A DNA stretch of 64,000 nucleotides, from NCBI GenBank assembly GCA_963815225.1, contig CAWFGA010000001.1, forward strand, positions 258,952-322,951, given 5' to 3'. A model generated the notes under the pieces. It saw only the letters and a list, made by a program, of their open reading frames with translations, had not been told where the DNA came from and made no database searches. The translations under genes and the position numbers were made by a program. Positions 31,154 to 41,460 of this stretch are shown here, one piece after another. The stretch's first letter is position 1; every line of letters begins with the position of its first letter. Origin of the DNA: an uncultured Flavobacteriaceae bacterium (GTDB taxonomy: Bacteria; Bacteroidota; Bacteroidia; Flavobacteriales; Flavobacteriaceae).

Positions 31154-31189
31154 AAAAAAGAGCGACTTCCCCAAGTCGCTCTTTTTTTT
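31154..31189 (+). terminator. Intrinsic terminator with CCCC loop
   Basis: AAAAAAGAGCGACTT-CCCC-AAGTCGCTCTTTTTT. Confidence 0.85.
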
Positions 31190-31324
31190 ATCCAATTTGT
31201 CGCTATGAGATACAACGTTTTTGTATTCGCCGTTTTTTCGTGTCATACCCCATCTAATCCCTGACTGTAGTATGGAACTGCATTGAGGACAAAGTCGTAG
31301 TTCTATAAAGGTTTTTGCCCGATG

Positions 31325-31354
31325 TACGCCACAAGAATTGATAGTTTCACCACA
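31325..31354 (+). promoter_or_regulatory. Degenerate 21-bp-period direct repeat
   Basis: TACGCCACA-N12-TTCACCACA, 29 bp upstream of TATTTTTA. Confidence 0.35.
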
Positions 31355-31438
31355 TAAATTTTAATGTAAGAAAAAGGCTACATATTTTTAACAAGGAAAT
31401 AAAGTGTATCCCAAATCGCTTTATAAACTTAACCTATT

Positions 31439-31807
31439 ATGAAGGCGCTTTTAAACTGTATTTTGCTAGCGGTACTTGTTACTTCATGTTCTAAAATTGA
31501 AGAAAACAATGACCCCATTATCGGAATTTGGAAAAACACGGTAAAGACCCCTACCAATGGTAATAAGTTGGTACTTGATGGGGAGGAATGGATTTTTAAC
31601 GACGTTTATTTAGGAAGGTTTCACGGCTATAAGTCCGGTAAGGTGGTTTTCTTGACAGATTTTAGATGGTCGGTCAATAATGGTACCTACACGGTAAGCT
31701 ATCCAGGAACCGATTTTCCTGATGATTTTATCCATATAAAGGAAACCGAGGAAGGCGTAATACTTTTAAGGGGGGAAGGAAAAATTTTCGCCCAAAGACA
31801 AAACTGA
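31439..31807 (+). CDS. Hypothetical lipoprotein (lipocalin-like)
   Basis: Lipobox VTSC, IIGIW motif, beta-rich. Confidence 0.8.
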   Translation: MKALLNCILLAVLVTSCSKIEENNDPIIGIWKNTVKTPTNGNKLVLDGEEWIFNDVYLGRFHGYKSGKVVFLTDFRWSVNNGTYTVSYPGTDFPDDFIHIKETEEGVILLRGEGKIFAQRQN

Positions 31808-31966
31808 AACTTCCAAAATTCACGTTAAGATGCAAATACGCCCTTGCCTACTAGAATATATAGCTCAAAATGCCCCATCAATAAGTGCACTTTGTACAAA
31901 CGGACTACTCAAATTTATTAAAGTCTTTTGCTGACCCAAGTTCTTAATTGATAAATTTCCCCCGGT

Positions 31967-31994
31967 AGGAGCAAAGAAATTTGCTCCTTTTTTT
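31967..31994 (+). terminator. Intrinsic terminator with no adjacent ORF
   Basis: AGGAGCAAA-GAAA-TTTGCTCCT plus T6. Confidence 0.75.
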
Positions 31995-32333
31995 ATGGAG
32001 ATCTTTGGAATTTTAATAATGGGTAGACCTAAGCTACAAGAGCCTTTGATTAGATATATAAGCAATGAAAGGAGCTTGAGGTAAATCACGCTATTTTACC
32101 CATATTCCCGCATAGGCAAAATACAGTTGTTGGAAGTATTAGAATTCAGAGGCTTACGGCTACAATTTAATTTGGACGCTCCACATGAACCTTCGGCTAT
32201 GAAATTAATTTAGTTTAACTTGAGTCATACTTTAGTTTAAGCGTCTTTTTTAAAGAAACAAATCGACACTTTGGAGTGTACAACGGTAGTCTATCAACTT
32301 ACATCGTGAACAATTAAAACTATTTTTTGCCCA

Positions 32334-32855
32334 ATGAATTCTATTCGATATTACCCGTGCACGCCAGCGGATTTGGAGCAGTTGGTTATAATTTCCAAAA
32401 CAACTTTTTGTGACGCATTTGAAGACCAGAACAATCCAGACGATTTTGAGAATTATTTAAAGAAGGCATTCTCAAAAGAGCAGTTGAAATCAGAGCTATT
32501 GCATCCAGATACCGATTTCTACTTTGTTTATCTGAACACACAACTTGCCGCCTACTTTAAACTTAATCGTAATGAAGCACAATCAGATATAAAACAAATA
32601 GACAGTCTGGAACTGGAGCGTATTTATGTAACTGAGAACTTTCAGGGCCTAGGCTTGGGAAAACAGCTTTTAAAACAGGTAAAAAAGATTGCGGAAACCT
32701 ACGATAAACGTTTTATTTGGTTGGGTGTATGGGAACACAATACCCGGGCCATTGCTTTTTATGAACGCCATGGGTTTTACAAATTTGGGACGCATCCCTA
32801 TTTTATTGGTGCGGATGAGCAAACAGATTGGTTAATGCGGTATGATTTACCCTAA
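32334..32855 (+). CDS. GNAT N-acetyltransferase (PaiA-like)
   Basis: LELERIYV, FQGLGLG, WLGVWEHN..AIAFY. Confidence 0.92.
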   Translation: MNSIRYYPCTPADLEQLVIISKTTFCDAFEDQNNPDDFENYLKKAFSKEQLKSELLHPDTDFYFVYLNTQLAAYFKLNRNEAQSDIKQIDSLELERIYVTENFQGLGLGKQLLKQVKKIAETYDKRFIWLGVWEHNTRAIAFYERHGFYKFGTHPYFIGADEQTDWLMRYDLP

Positions 32856-32940
32856 ATGATTCAAGGGTTGCCCTACCTAAAAACTAACGCGTTCCAAGAA
32901 TTATTTTATTTACCTTGTAAGTTCTTTAATACCAACATTT

Positions 32941-34092
32941 ATGAAACTTTTATTTCAATTTTTTATCGCGTTTGTGCTTGTTGCCAATGCTGGCGCACAA
33001 AACCGCTATTTTCCTGAGTACCGAGCTGTTTGGGAGGAAAAGGAACCAAAGGAGTTTAAAATTGATGAAACACGTTTAAATGAAGCTGTGGCGTTCGCTG
33101 AAGCCAACGAATATTCTGGTTCAAGGGATTTGCGTATCGCTATACTAAAAGGATTTGAACGGGAACCGTTTCATAAAATCCTTGGACCCACAAAGAAGCG
33201 CGGCGGCCCTGCGGGGCTCATCCTAAAAAATGGATATATTATCGCCAAGTGGGGCGATACCCAACGGGCAGACATGACCTTTAGTGTTACCAAAAGTTTT
33301 TTGAGTACCATGGCTGGTTTGGCAGTAGATGACGGACTAATTGTAGATGTCAATGATAAGGTAGGGGATTATATTTGGGACGGCACCTTTGACGGGGCAC
33401 ATAACTCAAAAATTACTTGGGAGCAGTTGCTCCAACAGAACTCGGCTTGGTCTGGGGAGCTCTGGGGAGGCAAGGATTGGGCGGATAGACCACCAAGTGA
33501 AGGAGGAATCGATGATTGGAAAATGGCAGAACCAAATGAGCCGGGTACGGTAATGGAATATAATGATGTGCGGGTTAATGTACTGGCCTACTCCCTCACC
33601 CACGTTTTGCGTAAGCCTATGCCGTTGGTTTTAAAAGAGAAAATTATGGATAAAATCGGCGCTTCGACTACATGGCGCTGGTTTGGTTATAACCATGCTT
33701 GGACCGAAGTAGATGGGTTGCAAATGAAATCGGTTACCGGAGGTGGCCATTCTGGCGCTGGGCTTTTTATCAACGCAGAGGATATGGCCCGTTTTGGCCT
33801 CTTGTTTTTAAATGATGGCAAATGGAACGAAGAACAGATAATTTCAAAAGATTGGATTGATAAGGCAACAGTACCTTCAACACCAAACCCCAATTACGGG
33901 TATATGTGGTGGCTTAACCAAAAAGGAGATCGGCATTGGGATGGCTTATCCGAAAATATCTATTATGCCGCAGGCTTTGGGGGTAATTTTATTGTCATCG
34001 ACAAAGAAAATAATCTTGTGGTGGTAACCCGTTGGCTGGAACCAAATAAAATAGGGGAGTTAATGAACAAGGTAAATGCGGCTTTGGATTAA
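32941..34092 (+). CDS. Secreted serine hydrolase (beta-lactamase class C-like fold)
   Basis: Signal peptide, SVTK (SxxK), YND, YGYMWW. Confidence 0.88.
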   Translation: MKLLFQFFIAFVLVANAGAQNRYFPEYRAVWEEKEPKEFKIDETRLNEAVAFAEANEYSGSRDLRIAILKGFEREPFHKILGPTKKRGGPAGLILKNGYIIAKWGDTQRADMTFSVTKSFLSTMAGLAVDDGLIVDVNDKVGDYIWDGTFDGAHNSKITWEQLLQQNSAWSGELWGGKDWADRPPSEGGIDDWKMAEPNEPGTVMEYNDVRVNVLAYSLTHVLRKPMPLVLKEKIMDKIGASTTWRWFGYNHAWTEVDGLQMKSVTGGGHSGAGLFINAEDMARFGLLFLNDGKWNEEQIISKDWIDKATVPSTPNPNYGYMWWLNQKGDRHWDGLSENIYYAAGFGGNFIVIDKENNLVVVTRWLEPNKIGELMNKVNAALD

Positions 34093-34157
34093 CCCAAAGT
34101 ACTTGTGCTATGCAGTCGTTTTGCGAGGAATCTATTCAGTTTTTTATTCAAATACAT

Positions 34158-35315
34158 CTATAACTTACAGAGTATATCTATAGCTTGCTCAAGGGTCTCC
34201 TGTTTCTTCGCAAAACAGAACCTGAGCATTTTATCGTCCCTATGATGGGCGTTAAAGGTTGAAATTGGGATACTGGCGATTTTATGGTTTTTGATCAATT
34301 CTTTTCCAAGTTCGTTGTCTTCCTTTTGGGTAATATTGGAAAAGTCCAATAATTGAAAATAGGTTCCTTCGGATGGAGTAAACTTGAAACGCGATGCCTC
34401 AATCCCATTTAAAAAGAAATCCCTTTTTTGCTGATAAAAAGTGTTTAGGTCCAGGTAATGTGAGCTGTCCTGTAAATAAGTGGCTAGCGCCCGTTGTACA
34501 GGATGGTCTACACAAAAAACCGCAAACTGGTGTACTTTTCTAAATTCTTCCATTAATGCTTGGGGGGCTGCACAATAGCCCAATTTCCAACCGGTTACAT
34601 GAAAGGTTTTTCCAAAGGAGGCACATACAAATGTACGCTGCGCCAAATCTGGGAATCTAGAGGCACTTTCATGCGCTGCGCCATCAAAAACAATGTGTTC
34701 GTAGACTTCATCGCTTAGCAAGAGTATATTTGTTGGTCGTAAAATCTCCTCCAGTGTTTCCATATCCCCCCTTGAAAATATAGTTCCGCTTGGATTATGC
34801 GGCGTATTGATGATGACCATTTTTGTTTTAGAGGAAATCAATGATTTAAATTGATTCCAATCCACGCGGTAATTCGGTGCCGCTAGTTGAAAATAGACTG
34901 GAATACCTCCATTTAATATAATAGCAGGCTCGTAGCAGTCATACGCAGGTTTAATGACAATAACCTCATCGTTGGGTCGTACAAACGCTGTTATTGCCGT
35001 AAAAATAGCTTGGGTGGCTCCTACCGTAACGGTTATCTCCTTTTCCGGATGGTAATAGTGCTCATGAAGGTTTTGAACCTTTTTCGAAATTATTTCCCGC
35101 AAGCCAAAATAGCCCGGCATTGGGGCGTATTGGTTGTATCCAAGATGCATCGCATTCGTTACCAAAGCAATTAATTTTGGATCGGCCTCAAAGTTAGGAA
35201 AGCCCTGAGATAAGTCTATGGCTTCATGTTTCCTGGCCAGATTGCCAATGGTGGTAAAAATGGTAGTTTGTACATTGGGTAATTTGGAACTGTTGTTGAG
35301 AGGAGGTATAGCCAT
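34158..35315 (-). CDS. Methionine aminotransferase (YbdL-like, class I/II)
   Basis: DLSQGFP, NTPHNPSG, SDEVY, SFGKTFHVTGWK, RFCFAK. Confidence 0.92.
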   Translation of the reverse strand: MAIPPLNNSSKLPNVQTTIFTTIGNLARKHEAIDLSQGFPNFEADPKLIALVTNAMHLGYNQYAPMPGYFGLREIISKKVQNLHEHYYHPEKEITVTVGATQAIFTAITAFVRPNDEVIVIKPAYDCYEPAIILNGGIPVYFQLAAPNYRVDWNQFKSLISSKTKMVIINTPHNPSGTIFSRGDMETLEEILRPTNILLLSDEVYEHIVFDGAAHESASRFPDLAQRTFVCASFGKTFHVTGWKLGYCAAPQALMEEFRKVHQFAVFCVDHPVQRALATYLQDSSHYLDLNTFYQQKRDFFLNGIEASRFKFTPSEGTYFQLLDFSNITQKEDNELGKELIKNHKIASIPISTFNAHHRDDKMLRFCFAKKQETLEQAIDILCKL

Positions 35316-35347
35316 CTATAAATGTAAGAATTTTGCTCAAACGCATT

Positions 35348-35380
35348 AAAAAAGCCCGGCCAATCGGTCGGGCTTTCTTT
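35348..35380 (-). terminator. Intrinsic terminator after PfpI-family gene
   Basis: AAAGCCCGGCC...GGTCGGGCTTT with flanking A-run. Confidence 0.7.
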
Positions 35381-35394
35381 CGGACTAATTCAAA

Positions 35395-35940
35395 TTATGC
35401 ATGTTGCATTTCGTGTTTTCCTTCTTTTATCTCTTCGATTAACTTAGAGTTAAAAGCAGGTAGGTCATTTGGATTTCTGCTTGTCACAAATCCTTCGTCT
35501 ACAACTACCTCTTGGTCTACCCAATTGGCGCCTGCATTTATCAAATCATCCTTGATAGAATTAAATGATGTCATTTTTCTACCTTTTACCACGCCTGCAC
35601 TTATTAAAGTCCAAGGTGCATGGCAAATTGCGGCTACTGGTTTTTTCATTTTAAAGAAGTCTCTAACGAACATTAAAACGTCCTCGTTTCTTCTCAAATT
35701 ATCTGGGTTGATTACGCCGCCCGGTAATACCAAAGCATTATATTCATCCGCTTTCACATCTTTTAGATTTCTATCTACTTTATAGCTATTGGACCAATTT
35801 CCATTTGCCCACGCTTTTATTTCTCCACTTTCTGGACTTACGACATCTACTTTAAAGCCTTCTTTTTCCATGGCTTCTTTGGGAGATTTTAATTCACTTT
35901 CTTCAAATCCATTTGTAGCTAAAATTGCTATCCTCTTCAT
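35395..35940 (-). CDS. PfpI/DJ-1 family protease/deglycase
   Basis: GFEESE, LPGGVINPD, AAICHAPW, TSRNPNDL. Confidence 0.93.
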   Translation of the reverse strand: MKRIAILATNGFEESELKSPKEAMEKEGFKVDVVSPESGEIKAWANGNWSNSYKVDRNLKDVKADEYNALVLPGGVINPDNLRRNEDVLMFVRDFFKMKKPVAAICHAPWTLISAGVVKGRKMTSFNSIKDDLINAGANWVDQEVVVDEGFVTSRNPNDLPAFNSKLIEEIKEGKHEMQHA

Positions 35941-36069
35941 ATATTGTGTTTTTAAGGTTATTAATTTATTTCATATTTAATATAAGGGATATTAGGGACA
36001 ATCTCCGTTAAGACCCTATTAAATAAGGGGTTTCAAACGTTAAGTTGTGTTAATTGACGGTCCTGTATG

Positions 36070-36540
36070 TTAGTATTGGGTCTGCAGATGATGAAGTACT
36101 TTGGAGAGACAGTCCTCTAAATTTTTTTTAATCTCGGTCTCCCAGAATCTAAATATGGTGTAACCTTTTTTTTCAAGAGCTAAATTTACTTCTTGGTCCC
36201 GTTGCATATTCCGTTCGATCTTGGCTATCCAAAATTCTCTATTGGTCTTAATTTTGGGTTTTCGCTCCTCCCAATTTTTTCCATGCCAGTATTCCCCATC
36301 AATAAAGATTACTGTCTTATATTTTGGTAGTGCTATATCTGGTTTTCCAATTAGCTTTCTGTAATCGATGCGGTATCGATATCCAGCAGCGTACAATGCT
36401 TTTCTAAAAGCCAATTCAGGCTTCGTATTTTTGCCCCTTATTTTACTCATTATTTTGGAGCGTTCCGGTGTCGTGTAGAAACCGGATTCCTCATTAAATC
36501 GGGGTACGACGATTCGCTCTTTGTTGTATTCTTTGGGCAT
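36070..36540 (-). CDS. vsr: Very short patch repair endonuclease
   Basis: RSKIMSKIRGKNTKPE, GKPDI, FIDGEYWHG, FW..KIERN..RD. Confidence 0.9.
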   Translation of the reverse strand: MPKEYNKERIVVPRFNEESGFYTTPERSKIMSKIRGKNTKPELAFRKALYAAGYRYRIDYRKLIGKPDIALPKYKTVIFIDGEYWHGKNWEERKPKIKTNREFWIAKIERNMQRDQEVNLALEKKGYTIFRFWETEIKKNLEDCLSKVLHHLQTQY

Positions 36541-36550
36541 ATTTAAAAAT

Positions 36551-36580
36551 AAAAAATCCCAGACCAAAAGGTGTGGGATT
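36551..36580 (-). terminator. Probable terminator after sdhB
   Basis: AATCCCA...TGGGATT stem next to an A-run. Confidence 0.55.
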
Positions 36581-36649
36581 CGTACTATTTGTTGACGGTA
36601 TACCGTTTAGGATGAGTTTCTTTTGGCCTAGTCTCCTAATTTGAAAGTC

Positions 36650-37396
36650 TTAGCCTTTTATGCTGGCACTCATATACTCCCGGTTCATGCGGGCAATGTT
36701 CTCCAATGAAATGCCTTTAGGACATTCTACCTCACAGGCTCCTGTATTTGTACAATTTCCAAAGCCTTCCAGGTCCATTTGGCGCACCATATTTTGTACG
36801 CGTTCCGTTGCTTCAACCTGTCCTTGGGGTAAAAGCGCATATTGCGAAACCTTAGCGGAAGTGAATAACATGGCACTGGCATTTTTACAGGCTGCTACAC
36901 AGGCACCACATCCAATACAGGCTGCTGCATAGAATGCGTCATCCGCATTTTCCTTTTCTATGGGGATGGAATTCGCATCTTGTGTATTTCCCGAGGTGTT
37001 GATAGAAATATACCCTCCGGCTTGTTGAATTCTGTCGAATGCGGAACGATCAACTATCAAGTCTTTTATGACGGGAAATGCCTTCGCCCTAAAGGGCTCT
37101 ATAACGATGGTGTCACCATCATTAAACTTACGCATGTGCAATTGGCACGTCGTTACCATACGATCAGGCCCATGGGGTTCCCCATTGATTTGTAGCGAAC
37201 AAGATCCACAAATACCTTCGCGGCAATCATGATCAAATTCTACGGGTTCCTCACCTTTGGTAATCAAATCCTCATTGAGTACATCCATCATTTCAAGGAA
37301 AGACATATCGCCATCGATACCATCAATGGTATAGTTCACCATCTTACCTTTTGTAGCGGCATCTTTTTGACGCCATATCTTTAAATTCAGCTTCAT
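36650..37396 (-). CDS. sdhB: Succinate dehydrogenase iron-sulfur subunit
   Basis: [32 protein letters not shown]. Confidence 0.96.
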   Translation of the reverse strand: MKLNLKIWRQKDAATKGKMVNYTIDGIDGDMSFLEMMDVLNEDLITKGEEPVEFDHDCREGICGSCSLQINGEPHGPDRMVTTCQLHMRKFNDGDTIVIEPFRAKAFPVIKDLIVDRSAFDRIQQAGGYISINTSGNTQDANSIPIEKENADDAFYAAACIGCGACVAACKNASAMLFTSAKVSQYALLPQGQVEATERVQNMVRQMDLEGFGNCTNTGACEVECPKGISLENIARMNREYMSASIKG

Positions 37397-37401
37397 AGCT
37401 C

Positions 37402-39405
37402 TTATTTATAACTTCTAGTTTTTAGTTCGATGTTTTCGTACTTCAATTCTTCCTTGTGCAATACTGCATCTTTAGGCTCTCCTTTATACTCCCAAGCGGA
37501 AACGAACTTAAAGTTCTCGTCATCACGTAAAGCTTCTCCCTCTGGAGTTTGATATTCTTCGCGGAAATGTCCTCCACAAGATTCATTTCTGGTCAAGGCA
37601 TCTTTTGCAAATAATTCGCCCAACTCCAAGAAATCTGCCACCCTTCCAGCTTTTTCCAATTCCTGATTCTTGCTATCTGCAGTTCCTGGTACACGAACAT
37701 TTTCCCAAAAATCGTTGCGCAAGGCAGAAATTTCATCAATGGCCTCCTGCAACTCAACTGCATTACGGCTCATCCCACATTTGTTCCACATGATTTTGCC
37801 TAACTTTTTATGGTAGTAATCAACGGAATGTGTGCCCTTACCGTTCATCAATTTTTCCATACGCTGCCTAACTTCTTTTTCGGCAGCATCAAATTCAGGG
37901 GAATCTGTAGGTATTTTTCCGGTTCTAATATCATTTGAAAGATAATCTCCAATAGTATATGGTAATACGAAGTAACCATCGGCAAGTCCCTGCATCAATG
38001 CGGAAGCACCTAACCTATTTGCCCCGTGATCACTAAAGTTGGCTTCACCGGCGGCATAACATCCTTCTACGGTAGTCTGCAAGTTGTAATCTACCCATAA
38101 TCCACCCATGGTGTAGTGTACCGCTGGATAGATCATCATTGGTGTTTTGTACGGATTCTCATCTACGATTTTCTCGTACATCTGAAAGAGGTTACCGTAT
38201 TTTGCCTCTACGACTTCTTCACCGTAAGCCCTTATTTCTTTATCGGTAGCGTCCTTATGACCACTGGTCAGTGCTTTTTCCCGACCGTACCTCATAATGG
38301 CAGCGTCAAAATCCAAATACACGGCTTCCCCTGTTTTGTTAACACCAAAGCCAGCATCGCAACGCTCTTTAGCTGCTCTCGAAGCCACATCCCGTGGCAC
38401 CAAGTTTCCAAAAGCTGGATAGCGTCTTTCCAAATAATAATCGCGATCTTCTTCCTTGATTTGCGTAGGCTTTAATTTTCCCTCACGAATTGCTTTCGCA
38501 TCTTCCGCTTTTCTTGGAACCCATATGCGCCCATCATTTCGAAGGGATTCTGACATCAAGGTCAATTTGGATTGATGGTCTCCAGATACAGGAATGCAGG
38601 TTGGATGAATTTGCGTAAAACATGGGTTGGCAAAAAATGCACCACGCCTATGTGCTCTCCAAGCTGCCATAACATTGCTTCCCATCGCATTGGTAGAAAG
38701 AAAAAAGACATTTCCATAACCACCTGTTGCCAATACTACAGCATGTGCAGAGTGCCTTTCAATTTCTCCCGTCACCAAATTACGTGCAATTATACCGCGA
38801 GCTTTTCCATCTACTTTCACCAAATCCATCATTTCATGACGGTTGTATGGTTTAATCTTACCCCTATTGATTTGTCGGTTCATGGCAGAATACGCACCCA
38901 ACAATAATTGCTGGCCAGTTTGGCCTTTGGCATAAAACGTTCTGGAGACCAAAACACCACCAAAAGAACGGTTGTCCAATAGGCCACCATATTCCCGTGC
39001 AAAAGGAACTCCTTGTGCCACACATTGGTCAATTATTTGTCCGGATACTTCTGCCAAGCGGTATACATTACCTTCCCTGGAACGGTAATCCCCTCCTTTT
39101 ACGGTATCGTAGAATAGGCGGTAGTTACTATCACCATCCCCTTGATAATTTTTTGATGCGTTGATACCTCCTTGCGCAGCAATGGAATGTGCACGTCTTG
39201 GAGAATCTTGGTAGCAAAACGTTTTTACGTTATAACCAAGCTCGGCGAGCGTAGCCGCTGCCGAACCTCCCGCCAGTCCCGTACCTACGACAATGACATC
39301 GATATTACGTTTGTTGGCCGGGTTTACCAGGTCAATCTCATTTTTATGTTTAGTCCATTTTTCGGCCAACGGCCCTTTAGGAACTTTTGAATCCAAAATG
39401 CCCAT
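37402..39405 (-). CDS. sdhA: Succinate dehydrogenase flavoprotein subunit
   Basis: [29 protein letters not shown]. Confidence 0.96.
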   Translation of the reverse strand: MGILDSKVPKGPLAEKWTKHKNEIDLVNPANKRNIDVIVVGTGLAGGSAAATLAELGYNVKTFCYQDSPRRAHSIAAQGGINASKNYQGDGDSNYRLFYDTVKGGDYRSREGNVYRLAEVSGQIIDQCVAQGVPFAREYGGLLDNRSFGGVLVSRTFYAKGQTGQQLLLGAYSAMNRQINRGKIKPYNRHEMMDLVKVDGKARGIIARNLVTGEIERHSAHAVVLATGGYGNVFFLSTNAMGSNVMAAWRAHRRGAFFANPCFTQIHPTCIPVSGDHQSKLTLMSESLRNDGRIWVPRKAEDAKAIREGKLKPTQIKEEDRDYYLERRYPAFGNLVPRDVASRAAKERCDAGFGVNKTGEAVYLDFDAAIMRYGREKALTSGHKDATDKEIRAYGEEVVEAKYGNLFQMYEKIVDENPYKTPMMIYPAVHYTMGGLWVDYNLQTTVEGCYAAGEANFSDHGANRLGASALMQGLADGYFVLPYTIGDYLSNDIRTGKIPTDSPEFDAAEKEVRQRMEKLMNGKGTHSVDYYHKKLGKIMWNKCGMSRNAVELQEAIDEISALRNDFWENVRVPGTADSKNQELEKAGRVADFLELGELFAKDALTRNESCGGHFREEYQTPEGEALRDDENFKFVSAWEYKGEPKDAVLHKEELKYENIELKTRSYK

Positions 39406-39407
39406 AC

Positions 39408-40076
39408 TTAATGTGTTATTGGGTTAAGGTGATGGTATATGGCAATCAATGCAAAACCGGCGGGTATGGCAATGGCATAGACCTTCGTAAATGTTTTTAT
39501 AGCGGGAGTATATTTGTTGTTGACACCCATCGTTTGAAACGAGGAAGCAAAACCGTGCAATAGATGCAGGGCCAATAGACCGAAAGCAATCACATATAGG
39601 ACGGTCCTCCAAATTGGCTCAAACTTCTCCACGGTTTCAGCGTAATATCTTGTTGGATCTTCAGGATTGTTCTCGATATATTTATAGGCCATTTCATGTA
39701 CCCAAAAATCATAAAAATGAAGTCCTAGAAACGCCAGAACTACAAGACCGGTAATAATCATATTTCTCGAAATCCAAGATGAGTTGGAATTGCCGTTAAA
39801 TTTGGCATAACTAATTGCCCTTGCCCTGTTATTTTGCAATTCCAAAATAATACCCATAACAAAATGCACAATGACCCCGGCAATTAAAATGGGTTGAAGT
39901 ACATATTGTACCAAGGGGTTGTATCCCATAAAGTGGGACCAGGAATTAAAGGTGTCCGGTGCAATTACCGAAGTAATGTTGATGGTAAAGTGCTGGCCCA
40001 GGAAAAGGACCAAAAAAAGTCCCGAAAGTGCCATCACTACTTTTCGGGCTATTGAAGATTTTATCAATCCACTCAT
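39408..40076 (-). CDS. sdhC: Succinate dehydrogenase cytochrome b subunit
   Basis: Five TMs with heme-ligand His residues, MALSGLFL; operon position. Confidence 0.92.
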   Translation of the reverse strand: MSGLIKSSIARKVVMALSGLFLVLFLGQHFTINITSVIAPDTFNSWSHFMGYNPLVQYVLQPILIAGVIVHFVMGIILELQNNRARAISYAKFNGNSNSSWISRNMIITGLVVLAFLGLHFYDFWVHEMAYKYIENNPEDPTRYYAETVEKFEPIWRTVLYVIAFGLLALHLLHGFASSFQTMGVNNKYTPAIKTFTKVYAIAIPAGFALIAIYHHLNPITH

Positions 40077-40251
40077 TATGTTGATTTTTTTAGCGATGTA
40101 AAGTTACGGCACAAGCGAGTTATTAACAAGTTTTCAAGAACTTTACTATACTAATTTAGACCGATTTTAAAACCTAAATAGGTGCTGTTGAAGAAATGGC
40201 TCTTATTTTCAGTGGATAAAATAAATCCCTTAAACAAAAAGTGTTGGTCGA

Positions 40252-40683
40252 TTAATCTTGGACAGGTGCAAAGGGGACCTTCAGTTTGGTCAAAGCCCAT
40301 GCTATCGCATCCTCCAAATCATCGAATTCGATAATGGAGTTTTTAAAGAACATCCGCTCTACCAGTAGGCTTGTAAAGCTACTTTCAGTATGGCCCACGA
40401 CGGCATAATGCGTTAATTGGTGCCTGTTTTTATAAAACTTAACCCAGTCTTTTGGTACTACGGAATAATTATTGACCCTATTGGATATGTAAACAAGTTT
40501 TGCATTATCCCCAAAAAATTCTTTCGCTGCAAAAACTGCCTTTTGTGCAAATTTCCAATGAAAAACAACCCCCTCCTTAATCTCGGAAATGATTAAACCA
40601 TCAAAATAGTAGAACACACCAAATTCAAATTCCCGAATCTGACGTATATTTTTAAAAAAGTCCAAATCTTTTACCCGCTTCAT
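40252..40683 (-). CDS. Hypothetical protein (STAS/SEC14, SpoIIAA-like)
   Basis: YISNRVNNYSV.P.DW and F..LEDAIAW, typical of this flavobacterial family. Confidence 0.7.
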   Translation of the reverse strand: MKRVKDLDFFKNIRQIREFEFGVFYYFDGLIISEIKEGVVFHWKFAQKAVFAAKEFFGDNAKLVYISNRVNNYSVVPKDWVKFYKNRHQLTHYAVVGHTESSFTSLLVERMFFKNSIIEFDDLEDAIAWALTKLKVPFAPVQD

Positions 40684-40852
40684 TTTCAAGCATACTTTAC
40701 TATATAAATATATTGAAAATTAGCGGATTATAGTAAGGATTTCATGAGAAGAAGACGATATATACGTGCACTATGCCAAAATTAGGGCTAAAACGGATTT
40801 GCAAATTTAAAGTTGGCAAGCGTTGGTTGTATCTTGGCCAAGTACTTAAAAG

Positions 40853-41242
40853 TCATTGTTCCATATCCTTGAGTTGAATGGATAATGCCCTAGTGGATAG
40901 CTGCACTTCAACGAAACTCAAAACTAATGAAACCATAAGGGCCGCTAGACTGATTCCAAAAATTAATTTGGCACCGATCTCATACTCCAAAAAGATGAGT
41001 GCCATGGTAATCACTGCCAATAGAAAGCTAAAGATTGCCGTTGCCTGCATGTTCTTTATAATCGTGAGTCGCTTCCTTAATTTCTTTACTTGCTGTTCAA
41101 TAGAGGAGGAGCCCGTTTCCTGATATTTTTGATATAACTGGCGAATAAGTGCGGCAATGGCCAAATACCGGGCGTTGTAAGCCAACATGGTCAATGATAT
41201 GGCCGGGAAAAGTAAGGCGGGTATTCCTAAGGTGAGTTCCAT
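40853..41242 (-). CDS. DUF2721 family membrane protein
   Basis: PALLFPAISL.MLAY..R, EVQLSTRAL, three TMs. Confidence 0.8.
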   Translation of the reverse strand: MELTLGIPALLFPAISLTMLAYNARYLAIAALIRQLYQKYQETGSSSIEQQVKKLRKRLTIIKNMQATAIFSFLLAVITMALIFLEYEIGAKLIFGISLAALMVSLVLSFVEVQLSTRALSIQLKDMEQ

Positions 41243-41460
41243 TGTTTTTAAATTAATCTATTATGATTCTAAAACAGGTCTAACCTACCTGTTTTTTACA
41301 GAGTTTTGCTAGTGTACACACCCATACCACTTCTAATCCCCTGGTCCCGTTTGGCTTCATCAGGGAAATTGGATCCGTACCGATCAAGGTCTTTTATTGA
41401 TTTAGAATTCTGGACTATGCTTAATCTTGGTAAAAATTGCCAATTTCCAGGTGTGATGGG

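Noticed and set aside
31865-32089. 74-aa minus-strand ORF
   Set aside because: No motif; it crosses a plus-strand terminator and is probably spurious.
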